The notes beneath the pieces are model-generated. The model ran no database searches and had not been told where the DNA came from. It saw only the letters and a list, made by a program, of their open reading frames with translations. A stretch of 62,900 bases of DNA, counting the filler, from Reclinomonas americana ATCC 50394 (taxonomy: Eukaryota), in the NCBI GenBank assembly GCA_048213135.1. It is 18 parts of 18 records of this genome, joined end to end, with 100 filler letters (N's around TTAATTAATTAA, not from the genome) between each part and the next. Parts side by side here need not be neighbours in the genome. Positions count along the whole stretch, not along the records: positions 1 to 8,635 come from AFZH01017933.1; positions 8,736 to 12,310 come from AFZH01017935.1; 16 more parts are not named here. One strand, written 5' to 3'. Position 1 is the first letter of the stretch. Every line of letters begins with the position of its first letter. Below are positions 1 to 12,227 of this stretch, piece by piece. Made by a program: the position numbers and the translations under genes.

Positions 1-280
1 GTGCCGTGGGCGCCATTGTCGCTGAAGGTCGTGGGGCGGAGGCTGTGGGAGGGATTGATGGCGGTGGCGAGGTGGGTGGCGGGGAGAGAGAGAAGAAGGA
101 GGAGGATGGACAGGAAGGCTGACAGAGAGAGTCTCTCTCCCATCTCATTCTCTTCCCACCCTCACCTCCCGTCTCACTATCTTCCTCCCTCACCTCCATT
201 CCCCTTCCCTCACTTCCCCCCCTCTCTCCTCACTTCCCCTATTCCTCCCTCCCCTCACTTCCCCTCACCCCCCTTCCCAG

Positions 281-2072
281 AAAATCCTACATCACCTGGC
301 TCACCACCCACGTGGACAAGATGAACGCGAAAAAAATCTCCCCGCTGGACCCCAAACACTTTCCCCCCGACCCACTCATCCTCAACGCCGACAAGACGAC
401 GGCGCTGCTGCTTATATGCTTGCACTTGGTGCGCGAGACCTCGGTCACGGCACTCGATCTGGCGCGCCTGGCGCACAGCGGCACTCTGCCGCTGCTCGGC
501 GGCTTCAACTGGGTGCCTGGCTCGCTTAAAATGGACCTGCGCGCGTCGCTCGACTTTGTGCGACCGACGCACGACTTGTTTCAGACGGAGCTGCTGGCGA
601 ACGATGTGGCGCTCTTGTGTCGCACGCTGTGCTTGGAGACGCCTCCGATTGCCTTTGCGCCGTTGGCGGGCAAGCTGATTCACGAGGCACGACTGCCTTC
701 GGCGACGTTGGAGTTGGTGGAGCGCTTCCATGAGTGGTTGGTGCGCGAGGGTCTCGTGCCGGGCGACTTGCGCTTGTCGTGGGCGAGGCATTTTGGTGCG
801 GCAGCCACGCCCCGGAATCCCGCAGGCAAGCGCGTGTACACGCTAATGCCGGTGTCGGTGCGAAGGCGCGTGCTGCCGGAGGCATTTGTGGCGTGCGAAC
901 TCGTCACGGTGCTGATGATGGTGTACGCGATGCACGAAGAGGGTTGTCCGCGCTACACGGCGGCCGCGGAGGATACCGCCATGCGTCGCCTGCTGGAGGA
1001 GTTCCCGCCGTGGGTGGACGTTGTGGCGACGTGGAACGGCACCGCCGTCAAGACCGAGGCGCTGCATCGATTGCCCATGTCGGAAGAGTGGAGTACTCCT
1101 CGTCGATGCGTATCGATCGTCACAAGATCGTGCTCCCTCACACGCGCACGTGCAGTGATATTCGGTTAATGTCCAAGGAGAGTCTCGCCACATTCGTTCG
1201 TCTGTGCCACCGACAGATCCTCACATTTCACCCGATCAATGATTACGGTCTGTGTCGATCGCGAAACACAAGAAGAGGCCTGTGAGTGCTCACACGCGGC
1301 GTGCGCACAGACGACGAACTGCATCGCATGGTGCTGCGAGCGCAGCGTGAAGCACACCAGTCGAAAGCAGATCGGCCTCCAGCATCGCAGAAGAGGGAGG
1401 ATGAAGAGGAGGAGGAGGAGGAGGAGAAGAGGCAAAAACTGCCGAAAGGAACCAGCTCGCCGTGGGGCGTGCCCACCGACCGATGGGAGAGATTGCGGTG
1501 CGATCGAGAGAACTGGAATGTCGCTGCTGCTGAGCTTGCGGGTGACTCACCGCTTCGTTGCAGATCGGTGCGCACCGACGCCGCACCCATGAGCCGCGTT
1601 CCACACTTATTGGGCCTTGGATCGGGTCGGGTGGCTCACAAGATGCCAGCCGGGCACCAGCATCCCGTGGGTTCGCTTTCTTTTTTTTGTGTTCACATGC
1701 GCGCGTTTCCTCCTCTATGTCCTCACCCCCAATTTGGCAGGCAACATTCCGGCACCGTTGCAGCTCGCAGTTTGCTGGATGGCCGAGCGGTGCAGCATTC
1801 AGCTTGCGGTGCTGTGGGAGGGCTTGGTGCGCCTGAACAACATCTTGCGCCACGTCGACACGAGCGCCGAAGCGGAAAAAGTCGGAGGTGGTAGCGGAAG
1901 CGCGAAAAAGCGAGCACAACGCAAGCGCCCGCGCAACGAGGACGACGACGACGATGAGAGTGACCTCGGTGAGGTGAGTGCGTCGGCACCGCCTCGGAAA
2001 CGACGAAAACGACTGGCCCGCCGTCTGCTATTGGACTCGTCTTCCGACGAGGACGAAGACGAGGACGAATGA
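281..2072 (+). CDS. TAF1B: RNA polymerase I initiation factor TAF1B/Rrn7, 3' part, multi-exon (5' exons upstream of window)
   Basis: TTALLLICLHLVRETSVTALDLARLAHSGTLPLLGGFNWVP resembles the TAF1B/Rrn7 cyclin-fold motif (LAFCYLSLLWQREAITLSDLLR...IPY); also PEAFVACELVTVLMMVY and C-terminal LQLAVCWMAERCSIQLAVLWEGLVRL. Phase-consistent introns 1088-1155, 1248-1310, probably 1498-1563, and 1671-1740; TGA ends at 2072. Confidence 0.8.
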
Positions 2073-2630
2073 ATAGTGCATCCTTTCCTATTTTGTTTGC
2101 ACCGCGATGCACGGCCTCAAAAACGACATGTCTCCAATACAGAAAATAACGGGACCAATCGATGGTGTAGCAAACGGAGGCACTGCGCGGGATGTCTTGG
2201 AGGTGGGAGGAGGAGGGCAGGGAAAGGCACGGGTATCCCATGTGCGATGCTGGTGGTTTATTAAAAGCCACGGAATGGGATGCAAGAATCAAGCCAAATA
2301 TAAAAACAAATACTGTCGCGCATCTGCAGTCAAGCGATACATTCTCCCGGTCTACAGTACACTGTGGTGCCTGCTGCTGTATGGTGACGGATGGAAAGAT
2401 AGAGAGAGACAGTGGGCGCGTGCATGCCTGCAGGCGTTATTCGACATGCGCAACCGTTTGGTTGCCTGCCTGATTTGGCAATTTGCGCATAATTGGTGGC
2501 GGTCCAATCATATGATTCACTCAAATTTTCTCATTGATCGAGAGAGAGCACACCACACACACGCACACTCTCTTCATTTTTTTCTGTGTGTGCACGCGCG
2601 CGTGTGTGTGTGTGTGCGCCACAGAGAGTG

Positions 2631-4054
2631 ATGGGGTGCCAGCAATCAACACCAGTGCTTCCACTGCACACCAACAACAACACAATCAAAAGCAATACCA
2701 ACAACAACAACAACGTCGGTTGCGGGCCCGGGGCTCCGAAATGCCAATCTCCTCCAAAGCCGGCGCCGGCATTCAACGCCATTGCCGGTGGCGGATCCAA
2801 CTCGTCTCTCTCCGGCACCTCGTCCTCCTCCTCATCGTCGTCCTCCGCATTGACGCCCGTGCACAACAAGGACGCACCAATCATGGTCGTAATGGCGAAT
2901 GGGGACAGAATGTCGCCACAGCAGCAGCCACTTCCCGGACAAACAGTCAGCACACCAAGGTTTACAGTGGCCGTGCTGGCGGAGCATGAGGCGAGGACGC
3001 GTGTGGAGGGCATGAGCGATGAGTTGCCGACGCAGCCGATGGCGAATGTGTTGGAGGTGAGAAATTGCAAATAAGGATGGTGCTTCTGCAAGGGGGAAGG
3101 TGACCTGACTTCTTGTTGTGCTGTGCAGGGTCGTGCTGTGACCGAGTACTTGCTGCTGGCGTCGATACCAGAGGAGAAGGGAACGTGGCTGCAACGGAGA
3201 GACTCGTACGCGCAGGTTTGCAAAATTCCATGAATTCCTGGACTTCTTCCTCCTCCTTCCTCCTCCTCCTCCTCCCCCACCTCTTCTTCTCTTCCACTTC
3301 GCTCATGCCATCAACGCACACTGCACAGGTGCTAGAACAACGACCCGACTACCTCGGCAAGGAAGTTACGCACTGCTCCTTCCGCAAATCACCTGCGCGG
3401 TTGATACTGACGTGCAGGATACCTTCGCAGACCGTCCGCCAATGGTTAAAAAACCGCCGCATATGCGCGTGGATCGACGACGTGTCGCAGCAGTGCGTGT
3501 TGCAGGGTGGGGCGACACAGTCGCGCTCGTCACAGAGCTCGTTCGAGTCGGTGGGATCCACCATGCTGCGCACCGCCATACCCATGTCGCCGACAGCGAG
3601 CGCCACCGACTTCTTGTCGGGAGTCGGCTCGTTCACTGCCGGCGCCGGCTCGGAGCACGAGCAACTGGAGCAGGCACGTGAGGCGGTCGGGCAGCCGTTC
3701 AGTCAGCGAGTGGCCACTGGCTGCACGACCTCGCCGCGTTCCATGTTTGCCAACACCAACACCACGCGACAGACCTCCAATCCGATGCTGGCCACCGCGA
3801 GTCCGTCTCCGCACGCGCACACGCACCACCATCACCACCACATGCCGCTGGCGCAGCAGGCGGCGCACTATGCGGCGTTTCTGGGCACGGCGCAAGAAAC
3901 ACAAGGCAACGTGCCACCACAATTGCCGCCTCTGCTGCAGCAACAACAACACGATAGAGTTCGCCGACACTTGTCGCTCGACAGCGCGGAGAAGACGGAA
4001 ATCAATGCTGCTCCGCCGCGAGTGCCGCCAATACCCGCGGAGAGTAAAGAGTAA
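2631..4054 (+). CDS. Hypothetical protein with N-terminal MGCQQS acylation motif, 3 exons
   Basis: ATG 2631 (MGCQQST); phase-0 introns ~3058-3128 and ~3216-3329 join into the long ORF ending at 4054; low-complexity S/Q/H-rich tails. Confidence 0.6.
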
Positions 4055-4223
4055 GATGACAGTGTCGTGTGACGAAAGGGAAAGGGATGAATGGGGGAAG
4101 AGAGGGTGAAGGAGGGAAAGGGGAAGAGAGTGTGCAGGAAGAAAAAGAGACAGAGGGCCACAAGACGGAAGAGAGACGATGAAGTAACGTCACTTGCAGG
4201 ACGAGTCATACTCCAATCATCCA

Positions 4224-6405
4224 TCACCTGTGTATTCTCGGTGTCGGACCAGACCGCCTGCGCAAAGGCGGCGGCTGGTGATACTCTTCACCCTCTCGCT
4301 CATCGCCATCCATGTCGAGCGGCGACTTGCCGACCATGCGCTCCGCCACCTCCAGCGTCACCACCTCCTGGTCGACGACATCCTGCTCGGCCTCCTCGTC
4401 GTGAGCGCGGTGGTGGTGGTGGTGGCGGGCCGATGGCGGTCGGCGGGAGCTCGGTGACTCGGCGACGAGCACCGGGCGCGACAGCTGCTCAATGTGCGAC
4501 AGGAGCCAGCCGGTGCGCTTGTAGATCTTGCGGCGCTGCACGTCGTTCTTCGAGTCGGCCACGCGCTGTACCAGGCTCCAAATGTGACGCACACTCTCTG
4601 CGCACGAGGACGAGTGGTGAGATACCACAGCGCGCAGTCAGAATTCCAATACAAGGTGGACGCACCCTGGATCTGCTCCAGCTGCTGCGTCGAAAAGAGG
4701 ATCTTTTGGTCAAAGTCGTTGGTGATAAAGGCGTAGAAGAACGACAGCGCCTCTTCGAGATTGGTTTCGTCTGCAACGAGCAGTGAGAGGAAAGTCGCAC
4801 AGTGAAAGGAAAGGATGGCCAAGAGACGCAACCGACTCCGTGCTCGGGCGACGCCAGGTGCCAGATGAGTCGCTTCGGCGCCCACTCCATAATGTCGAGG
4901 ATTTCGGCGACACACGAGTTGAGGAGCCGGACAGAAGCGTCTGTGGGTGGGTCGAGGGCACTCGCAAACCAGGCCAGCGTGAGGAGCGAGTGCGAGAATT
5001 GATGGTGGGTTCGAGTGTCGTGGATTTGCGGGTGGACCACACTGATCGCAGAAAGGAGTTCAGCACATGGATGGGCGGCGAGAGGGGAGGGCGAAGGGAG
5101 GGGAGGAGACGGAACAGGCGGGCGGGGGTGTCGTGGCCGACGTGGACACAGTCGATGCGGTAGAGCTGGCGGATGAGTTCCATGGCTTGTTTTTCGTGCT
5201 CGAGGCCCTGTGGGATGACAGGGGGAGGAGGGTGAGGGCGAAGGGGAGGAGAAGGGGGGGAGGAGGAGGAGGAGGAGGAGGAGGAGGAGGAGGAGGAGGA
5301 GGAGGAGGAGGAGGAGGAGGAGGAGGAGGAGGAGGAGGAGGAGGAGGAGGAGGGGAGGAGGAGGAGGAGGGAGGAGGAGGAGGAGGGAGGAGGAAGGGAG
5401 GAGAGGAGAGAGGAGAGATGAGAGAGAGGCAGGAGGGAGAGGAGAGAGAGAGAGAAGAGGAGAGAGAGTGAGAGTGCAATCTGAGAAGGGCGAGTGGAGT
5501 CAGATAGGAGGAGTGGAAGAGGTGGCTCGCAACAAGAGCGATGACAAGGAATGAACGAAACGAGAGATGAGAGGAGCATAGAGGAAGAGACAAGCAAGAC
5601 AGAGAGAGATTCAAAAAAAGAAGAAGGCCACAGAGGAAGAGAGCACAGAGACACCATGCTCCCCCATCCCCCTCCCTCTCCCTTTTCACTCACAAGACAA
5701 GAAGGCGACATAAGAAGAGAGTGCAGAGAACGCATACTCCCCCATTCCCCATTTCCCACCCACCTGCGCAATCCTCCCCAACCTCGCACAACACACCGCG
5801 GCCGTCGTATGCGCCTTCATGCGGTTCTCCCGCGTACACGCCCCCGGCAACCTCCGCAACACCCTCTGCAGCGTATCCCCACACAACAGCAAGCAATCCT
5901 CATGTCTCTCCAGCTCCGCCAGTCGCACCGCAATCTGATGCTTCGCCACCGCGATCTTCAACAGAGTCTTGCTCAGAGTCACGGGCGGGTGTCGCCCACT
6001 CGACTCCAGCTGCATGTACGCGCAAAAGGCTTCCTCTGCGCGAGTCACACTGCATTCGGCCATGGCCGCAGTCGCCAGCACCAGAACCTGACTGGGATCC
6101 ACAACGACAATAGTGGTAGGAGATGGCGAGGAAATGGTAGGAGAATACGATTGAATGATCATTGGTTGCAGCTGAGGAGAATGCGATGGAACAACTGGTT
6201 GAGGAGATGGCGATGGAATGGCAGGAGAATGCGATGATATGGGGAGTGTAGGTGGGGTTGATTGGGGGAGGGCGAGGAGAGGTGGAGTGGGAGGTGCGGG
6301 TGGTTCGAGTCTGTTGGTAGAGGTGCGAGTTGTGGTGGTGGTGGTGTGGGAGGGAGTGGGTTCGATGACGGTGAGGTGTGGGTGGGAGGAGTGGTGGCAG
6401 CCCAT
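4224..6405 (-). CDS. Hypothetical protein: MGCHHSS acylation motif, P/S-rich linker, TPR-like helical region; multi-exon (intact 'gene C')
   Basis: ATG 6405; exon 1 to 5764 (..CCARLGRIAQ|GTGGGT); phase-0 intron 5763-5208 joins to GLEHEKQAMELIRQLY, giving a TPR-like helix pair. Further exons match ORFs 4489-5040, 4358-4915 and 4224-4628; internal splice sites uncertain. Confidence 0.55.
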
Positions 6406-6529
6406 TCTGTTGTTGACAGAGTGCGGTAAGTGAGTGAGGACATGATTGTGGTGTGACAACCGACGTTGTTGAACTGCTGGTTGTGTGTGGACGTCGCGTC
6501 GATGGTTTTGTATAGCTTGTGTGTTGTTT

Positions 6530-8569
6530 TTATTCGACGAGGAAGACTTCGTAGTCGGCAACTTGAAACAGGCGCGATCCCATTAGAGTCGTGTTGTCGC
6601 ATGCAGCGCCGTCGGTGCCCTGGTAAGAGTGCCCAAGGTTGCTGTTGCTGTTGCTGTTGCAGTTGCAGTTGTCAGCCAAGTAAAGGTCGAATCCTCCGAA
6701 TGCAGGCCCATATGCAGAGTTGTGATAAACGGCATGCTGTTTCTGATCGTCCTTCAGTGCAAAGCGTCGCGCACTTGCACCACTCCACGACGCTGAGAAC
6801 AAGAAGCTGGTGCCAGATGGATCGGCGGCATAAACGCCACCAGCGGTGCCAGTCTGCCACGACACAGGCGTGTATCCACCACACACTCGTCCCATCGACG
6901 ACTTGGCCAAAGTGAGCGTCGGCCTGCGCACAGTCTCACTCATCAGTCACCGAGCACAACAGGCTTCCCATTCTCCCGATCACTCACCCACGACTGTCAC
7001 ACCGCTGATGGAATGTGGCTGCCTTGAACCCATCTCGACTGCCCTTGAACAGCAACGTCAGCTTGGGCACACTCCCACCGCCACCTCTCGCTTGCTGCAC
7101 CCATTGCAGCACCACTCGCCCATCCACCGCACTCAGCAGATCACTTGTCTTCGCCCACACCGCTCGCTCCCGCTCCTCCCGCTCCCTGGCCTCGCGCTCG
7201 CGCTCCTCCCGCTCCCTGGCTTGCCGCTCACGCTCCTCCTGCTCTCTGGCCTGTCGCTCTCGTTCAGCCGCCTCACGCTCCTGAATCGCTCGTTCACGCA
7301 TCTCCAGCGGCTCGAGACGGGAGAGTAGCTGCACATGGACAGGAGAAAGAGTGAGGGAGAGGAGAGATGAACTCAACAATTCAAAGGCAATCACAAGACC
7401 AGACCTCAGCAACACCTCTCTCGAGAGATTCACGCATGCGACGCTCTGCAGCCAGCTGATCGCGAGCAGCTTGAATCTCAGCTTGCCTTGCCTGTCGTTC
7501 GTCAGCCAGTTGCTGGCGGCATTCGACGAGCATGCCCACGCAATCGACAAGTCGCTCAGTCGCGGCTTGTTGCTCGTGAGTCAATCGCACTTCAGCAGAA
7601 TGCCTCGCCTCCCTCTCGTGAGCCACCAACTGAGAAAGCTCGCGTACTTGCATGTGCAGCTGCACAAGCACGCATTCCCAGATATCAGAACAACGGAATG
7701 CATACTCATCACATCTCCTCTCGCAAACCTCTCGCAGCGGTCGCTCCACTCGCAACACATCACACACTCGTTCATGCTCCTCCCTCTCACCAAGCACACC
7801 ACGCCATCCACACCCCAGATCACCACCACGACACACTGTGTGCTGCAGTCGGCACTCCGTTTCTGCCACAACGAGAATAGCAACATCAGTGTCATGATAC
7901 ACCTCTCTCTCCATCAAGCGCCACTGACCAAGATGCCTCTGCATCTCCGCCAGTGCACACCGCTGCTGACATCCACGCGGACACACTCGCATGCATCCAC
8001 TCCAGCTGTGCTCCACCATCTCACTCAGCGCCATTCTTGCTCCACATCCGAGTGGACACTCGCGCAAGCATCCACTCCACTCGTGCTCCGCCGTGCGATC
8101 GAGTGTCATTTGCTGTCCACACCTCTCGCATGCATGCGGGCACTGCGTCAAGGCATGTGTGCGGTAATAGTCGCCCACCGTCTGTTCATCCATCAGTGAG
8201 GAAGACAGAAAAACAAACAACTCTCCATGACAACACAAACCATGGGTGCGTGGCACAGCGGGCATGCAATCTGTGACGCTCTCTCATTTCAACATCGCTG
8301 TTGATGCATTCAGCATCAACAGACTACTGCACAGAACCTTCATGTTGGTGTACATGAGTTGGAGTCGTCGTGGTGCCTCCTTCAACGTGGCGTGAGATGT
8401 GACTCCATCGCCACACAGATCCGATCCACTCTCCGTCACATGCTCACTGGCAATCATTGTCACAATGAGTGAGTCAAGCAAGCCAGCGCATTGTCTTCCT
8501 CACACTCACTCACCGACACAAGTGATGCAGCTCGCTTGCACACAGCACGAAATCCGGAGCACACAGATC
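6530..8569 (-). CDS. RING/TRAF-Zn-finger - coiled-coil - TLDc protein, copy A1 (exon 1 lost in the gap at 8636)
   Basis: TRAF-type fingers (CERCGQQM..EHEWSGC..CPLGCG..EH..C..CPRGC..RHL), E/R-rich helix, TLDc motifs LLFKGSRDGF..FHQRCD.RGPTL, GGYT..SW, SFLFS, GPAFGG..DL, SNLG.SY, FQVADYEVF*. Confidence 0.85.
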
Positions 8570-8597
8570 CTGACAACAAAACAATCATTAACGCAAG

Positions 8598-8630
<33 letters not shown>

Positions 8631-8635
8631 CGACG

Positions 8636-8735
8636 NNNNNNNNNNNNNNNNNNNNNNNNNNNNNNNNNNNNNNNNNNNNTTAATTAATTAANNNNNNNNN
8701 NNNNNNNNNNNNNNNNNNNNNNNNNNNNNNNNNNN
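8636..8735. other. Artificial gap spacer N44-TTAATTAATTAA-N44 (first of 17)
   Basis: Identical 100-nt spacers start at 8636, 12311, 16654, 18563, 20015, 23881, 25542, 28041, 32244, 35220, 36652, 45303, 47973, 50087, 56536, 57973 and 59827; the core gives stops in all six frames. Confidence 0.99.
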
Positions 8736-9024
8736 GGCAGGAGAATGCGAGGAAACAGCAGGAGATTGCGACTGAATGATCATCATTGGTTGCAGCTGAG
8801 GAGAATGCGATGGAACAGCTGGTTGAGGAGATGGCGATGGAATGGGAGGAGAATGCGATGAAATGGGGAGTGTAGGTGGGGTTGATTGGGGGGAGGGCGA
8901 GGAGAGGTGGAGTGGGAGGTGCGGGTGGTTCGAGTCTGTTGGTAGAGGTGCAAGTGGTTGTGGTGTGGGAGGGAGTGGGTTCGATGACGGTGAGGTGAGG
9001 GTGGGAGGAGTGGTGGCAGCCCAT
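8736..9024 (-). pseudogene. Duplicated 5' fragment of gene C (MGCHHSS...) between A1 and A2
   Basis: Near-identical to 6150-6405 but with a frameshift after LLALP; runs into the gap. Confidence 0.7.
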
Positions 9025-9138
9025 TCTGTTGTTGAGTGAGGGCGAGGATGTTGATGATTGTGGTGAATGACAACCGACGTTGTTGAACTGGTGGTTGTGT
9101 GTGGACGTCGCGTCGATGGTTTTGTAGCTTGTGTGTTT

Positions 9139-11582
9139 TTATTCGACGAGGAAGACTTCGTAGTCGGCCACTTGGAAGTTCTGCGATCCCATCAGGGTCT
9201 TGTCGTCGCATGCAGCGCCGTCGGTGCTCTGGTACGAGTTTCCAAGGTTGCTGTAGCTGTTGCTGTTGCTGTTGCAGCTGTCAACCAAGCGAAAGTCGTG
9301 TCCACCTCCGAACGCAGGTCCACCCTCAGAGTAATGATAAACGGCTTTCTGTTTCTGATCCGACTTCAGTGCAAAGCGTCGCGCACTCGCACCACTCCAC
9401 GAAGCAGAGAACAGGAAGCTGGTGACGGCTTGATCGGCGCCCCAAGCATTCGTCGACTGCCACGACACAGGCATGTATCCACCACACACTCGTCCCGTCG
9501 ACGACTTGGCCACAGTCAGCGTCGGTCTGCACACAGTCACACACTCATCAGTCACCGAACACTCAAGCTGTCGCTCTCCAATCACTCACCCACGATTGTC
9601 ACACCGCTGGTGGAATGTGGCTGCCTTGAACCCATCTCGACTGCCCTTGAACAGTAACGTCAACTTGGGCACACTCCCACCGCCACCTCTCGCTTGCTGC
9701 ACCCACTCCAACACCACTCGTCCATCCGCCGCACTCAGCAGATCGCTGTCAATCTTCCTCTCAGCTCGTTCTCGTTCCTCTCGCTCCCTGGCCTGCCGCT
9801 CCCGCTCTTCTCGTTCTCTCGCCTGCCGCTCTCGCTCCTCCTGCTCTCTGGCTCGGCGCTCGCGTTCAGCCGCCTCTCGCTCCTGAATCGCTCGTTCACG
9901 CATCTCCAGCGGCTCGAGACGGGAGAGTAGCTGCACATGGACAGGAGAAAGAGTGAGGGAGAGGAGAGATGAACTCAACAATTCAAAGGCAATCACAAGA
10001 CCAGACCTCAGCAACACCTCTCTCGAGAGATTCACGCATGCGACGCTCTGCAGCCAGCTGATCGCGAGCAGCTTGAATCTCAGCTTGCCTCGCCTGTCGT
10101 TCGTCAGCCAGTTGCTGCCGGCACTCGACAAGCATCCCCACACAATCGGCAAGTCGCTCATCGGCAGCTCGCATCTCAGCTTGCCTCGCCTCTCTTTCCT
10201 GCATCAGTTGCTCCCTGCTCTCAGCCACCAGCTGAGACAGTTCGCGCACTTGCACGTGCAACTGCGCACCCACACACGCCTCGAATCAGAACAAAGAGAG
10301 TGCATTCTCATCAACCAACTCCCACCCAACAAACCTCTCGCAGCGGTCGCTCCACTCGCAACACATCGCACACTCGCTCATGCTCCTCCTTCTCACCAAT
10401 AGTACCACGCCATCCACACCCCAGTTCGCCACCGCGACACACAGTGTGCTGCAGTCGGCACTCCGTTTCTGCCACCACACAACGTCAGTGTCATGATAAC
10501 ACTTCTCTCCTTCCAAGCACACTCACCAAGATGCCGCTGCATCTCCGCCAGTGAACATCGCTTTTGACATCCACGCGGACACACTCGCAGGCACCCGCTC
10601 CAGCTGTGCTCCACCATCTCACTCAGTGCCATCCTCGCTCCACATCCGAGAGGACACTCGCGCAAGCATCCACTCCACTCATGCTCCGCCGTGCGATCGA
10701 GTGTCATTTGCTGTCCACACCTCTCGCATGCATGCGGGCACTGCGTCAAGGCATGTGTGCGGTAATAGTCGCCCACCGTCTGTTCATCCACCAGTGAGGA
10801 GAGAAGCAAGACAAACAACTCTCCATGCCAAACACAAACCATGGGTGCGTGGCACAGCGGGCATGCAATCTGTGGTGCCTCTCTCATGTCAACATCACTG
10901 GCGATGCACTCTGCATCAAGAAGACAACCGCACACAACCTTCATATTGTTGTACATAAGCTGGAATCGACGCGGAACCTCATGCATAGTGGCCACCGACA
11001 TGACTCCATCGCCACACAGATCCGATCCACTCTCCGTCGCATGCTCACTGGCAATCATTGCCACAATGAGTGAGTCAAACAAGCCAGCGCACTGCCTTTC
11101 TTACCATTACTCACCGACACAAGTGATGCAGCTCGCTGGCACACAGCACGAAATCCGGAGCACACAGATCCTGACAACAAAACAATCATCAATGCACGCA
11201 CATGAGAGAGAGAGAGAGAGAGACAACTCACACTGCTGCATTCTCTCTCTCTCTCTCTCACTCTCTCTCTCTCCTTCACACTCACCATGCACACTGGACA
11301 CAGATACTCGTCCGCCAATGCACGCGACTCCGCAGCAACATGCTCCATCCACAAACGCGGTGGCTCCTTCACATCCTCCTTCTCCTTCTCTTCTCCTTCC
11401 ACCTCTGATGGAGGACGACGATGCACCGCGCGCACCACACAAAACACGTATTGTTCCTCATCAGCAAGTCGCATCACTTGCTGCTCGAGAACAACCTGAC
11501 TGGCATCCTCTGAAGCAGCAACAGGAGGGGGAAGAGGAGGAGCAGATCCACTGCCTTCGCCTCCACCGTCTTCGAAGCCCAT
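9139..11582 (-). CDS. RING/TRAF-Zn-finger - coiled-coil - TLDc protein, copy A2 (complete, multi-exon)
   Basis: ATG 11582 (MGFEDGGGEGSG); EYLCPVCM|DLCAPDFVLCASELHHLC variant RING, TRAF fingers, coiled coil, TLDc ending YEVFLVE* at 9139; same intron positions as A3. Confidence 0.85.
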
Positions 11583-12169
11583 TCTCAAACGAGACACGGA
11601 GCAATGAGGGCGGAGGACATGCATGTGTGCGCAGGACGCGTTCCTCTTGAGAGGGGTGAAGCAAACAGTGACTCATCGATGGGTGCTGCGCACGGAGAGT
11701 GCCAAAGACGGTTTGTTGGCACGTCTGCTTGATGCGCAAGAGGAGATCAAGAGAAGTATTCATGAAACCGGACAGCCCTTTCTTTTGCAACTGACGGGTG
11801 GAGGGAAGGCTGGGGAAGTGGAGCACTGAAGTCTCTGGGGAAGGGTTTGCACAGTTGATGGCAGAGGACTTCTGAACTGCATTTGCAGACAGATATCGCA
11901 AATATCGATGCGCAGAAGGGCACAAGCAACGTACTCAGGGCTTCTCACCATGGAGAAGATCGCCCTCCTCTTCTGCACAGTAGCCTTGTCGCTTTGCCAA
12001 ACAAATGCAACAAGAGCAGACGTCGAGGACACCTTTATCTCTCTTGTTCGAAATGTTGCTGCGCGGCAGTGGTCTCGTGCATCGCCTTTTGCGTCGATGC
12101 GCCTTGCCTTCTGTTGCTGGTGTTGCTGTTGAGAGACAGTCAACAGTGTCGCTGCTGCAAAGCGCGTGG

Positions 12170-12227
12170 ATGTCGTCCTCATCGTCAGCGGGAAAGAAGG
12201 CTGGAAAGGGTCAAAAGGGAAAGAAGG
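12170..12227 (+). CDS. Possible first exon (MSSSSSAGKKAGKGQKGKKG) of a gene running into the gap
   Basis: ATG followed by a K-rich peptide and a GTGAGT donor at 12228; no family recognisable. Confidence 0.3.

Noticed and set aside
2446..2490. Small multi-stem fold (ATGCGCAA...TTGCGCAT with two inner hairpins)
   Set aside because: Short stems, single copy, no tRNA, snoRNA or snRNA boxes; compatible with chance.
5060..5689. Poly-Pro/Gly/Ser ORFs (formin- or extensin-like); likewise 33727-34893 and 37645-38496
   Set aside because: Translations of (GGA/CCT)n and (GAA)n intronic or intergenic microsatellites.
6530..6943. Diversity-generating retroelement as the source of TLDc variation (AAC-rich NSNSN tract)
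   Set aside because: Differences between copies are not adenine-specific and include indels and synonymous changes; no reverse transcriptase or template repeat is visible.
8680..8691. TTAATTAATTAA as a PiggyBac TTAA target or PacI site
   Set aside because: Always centred in N-runs; an artificial six-frame stop spacer.
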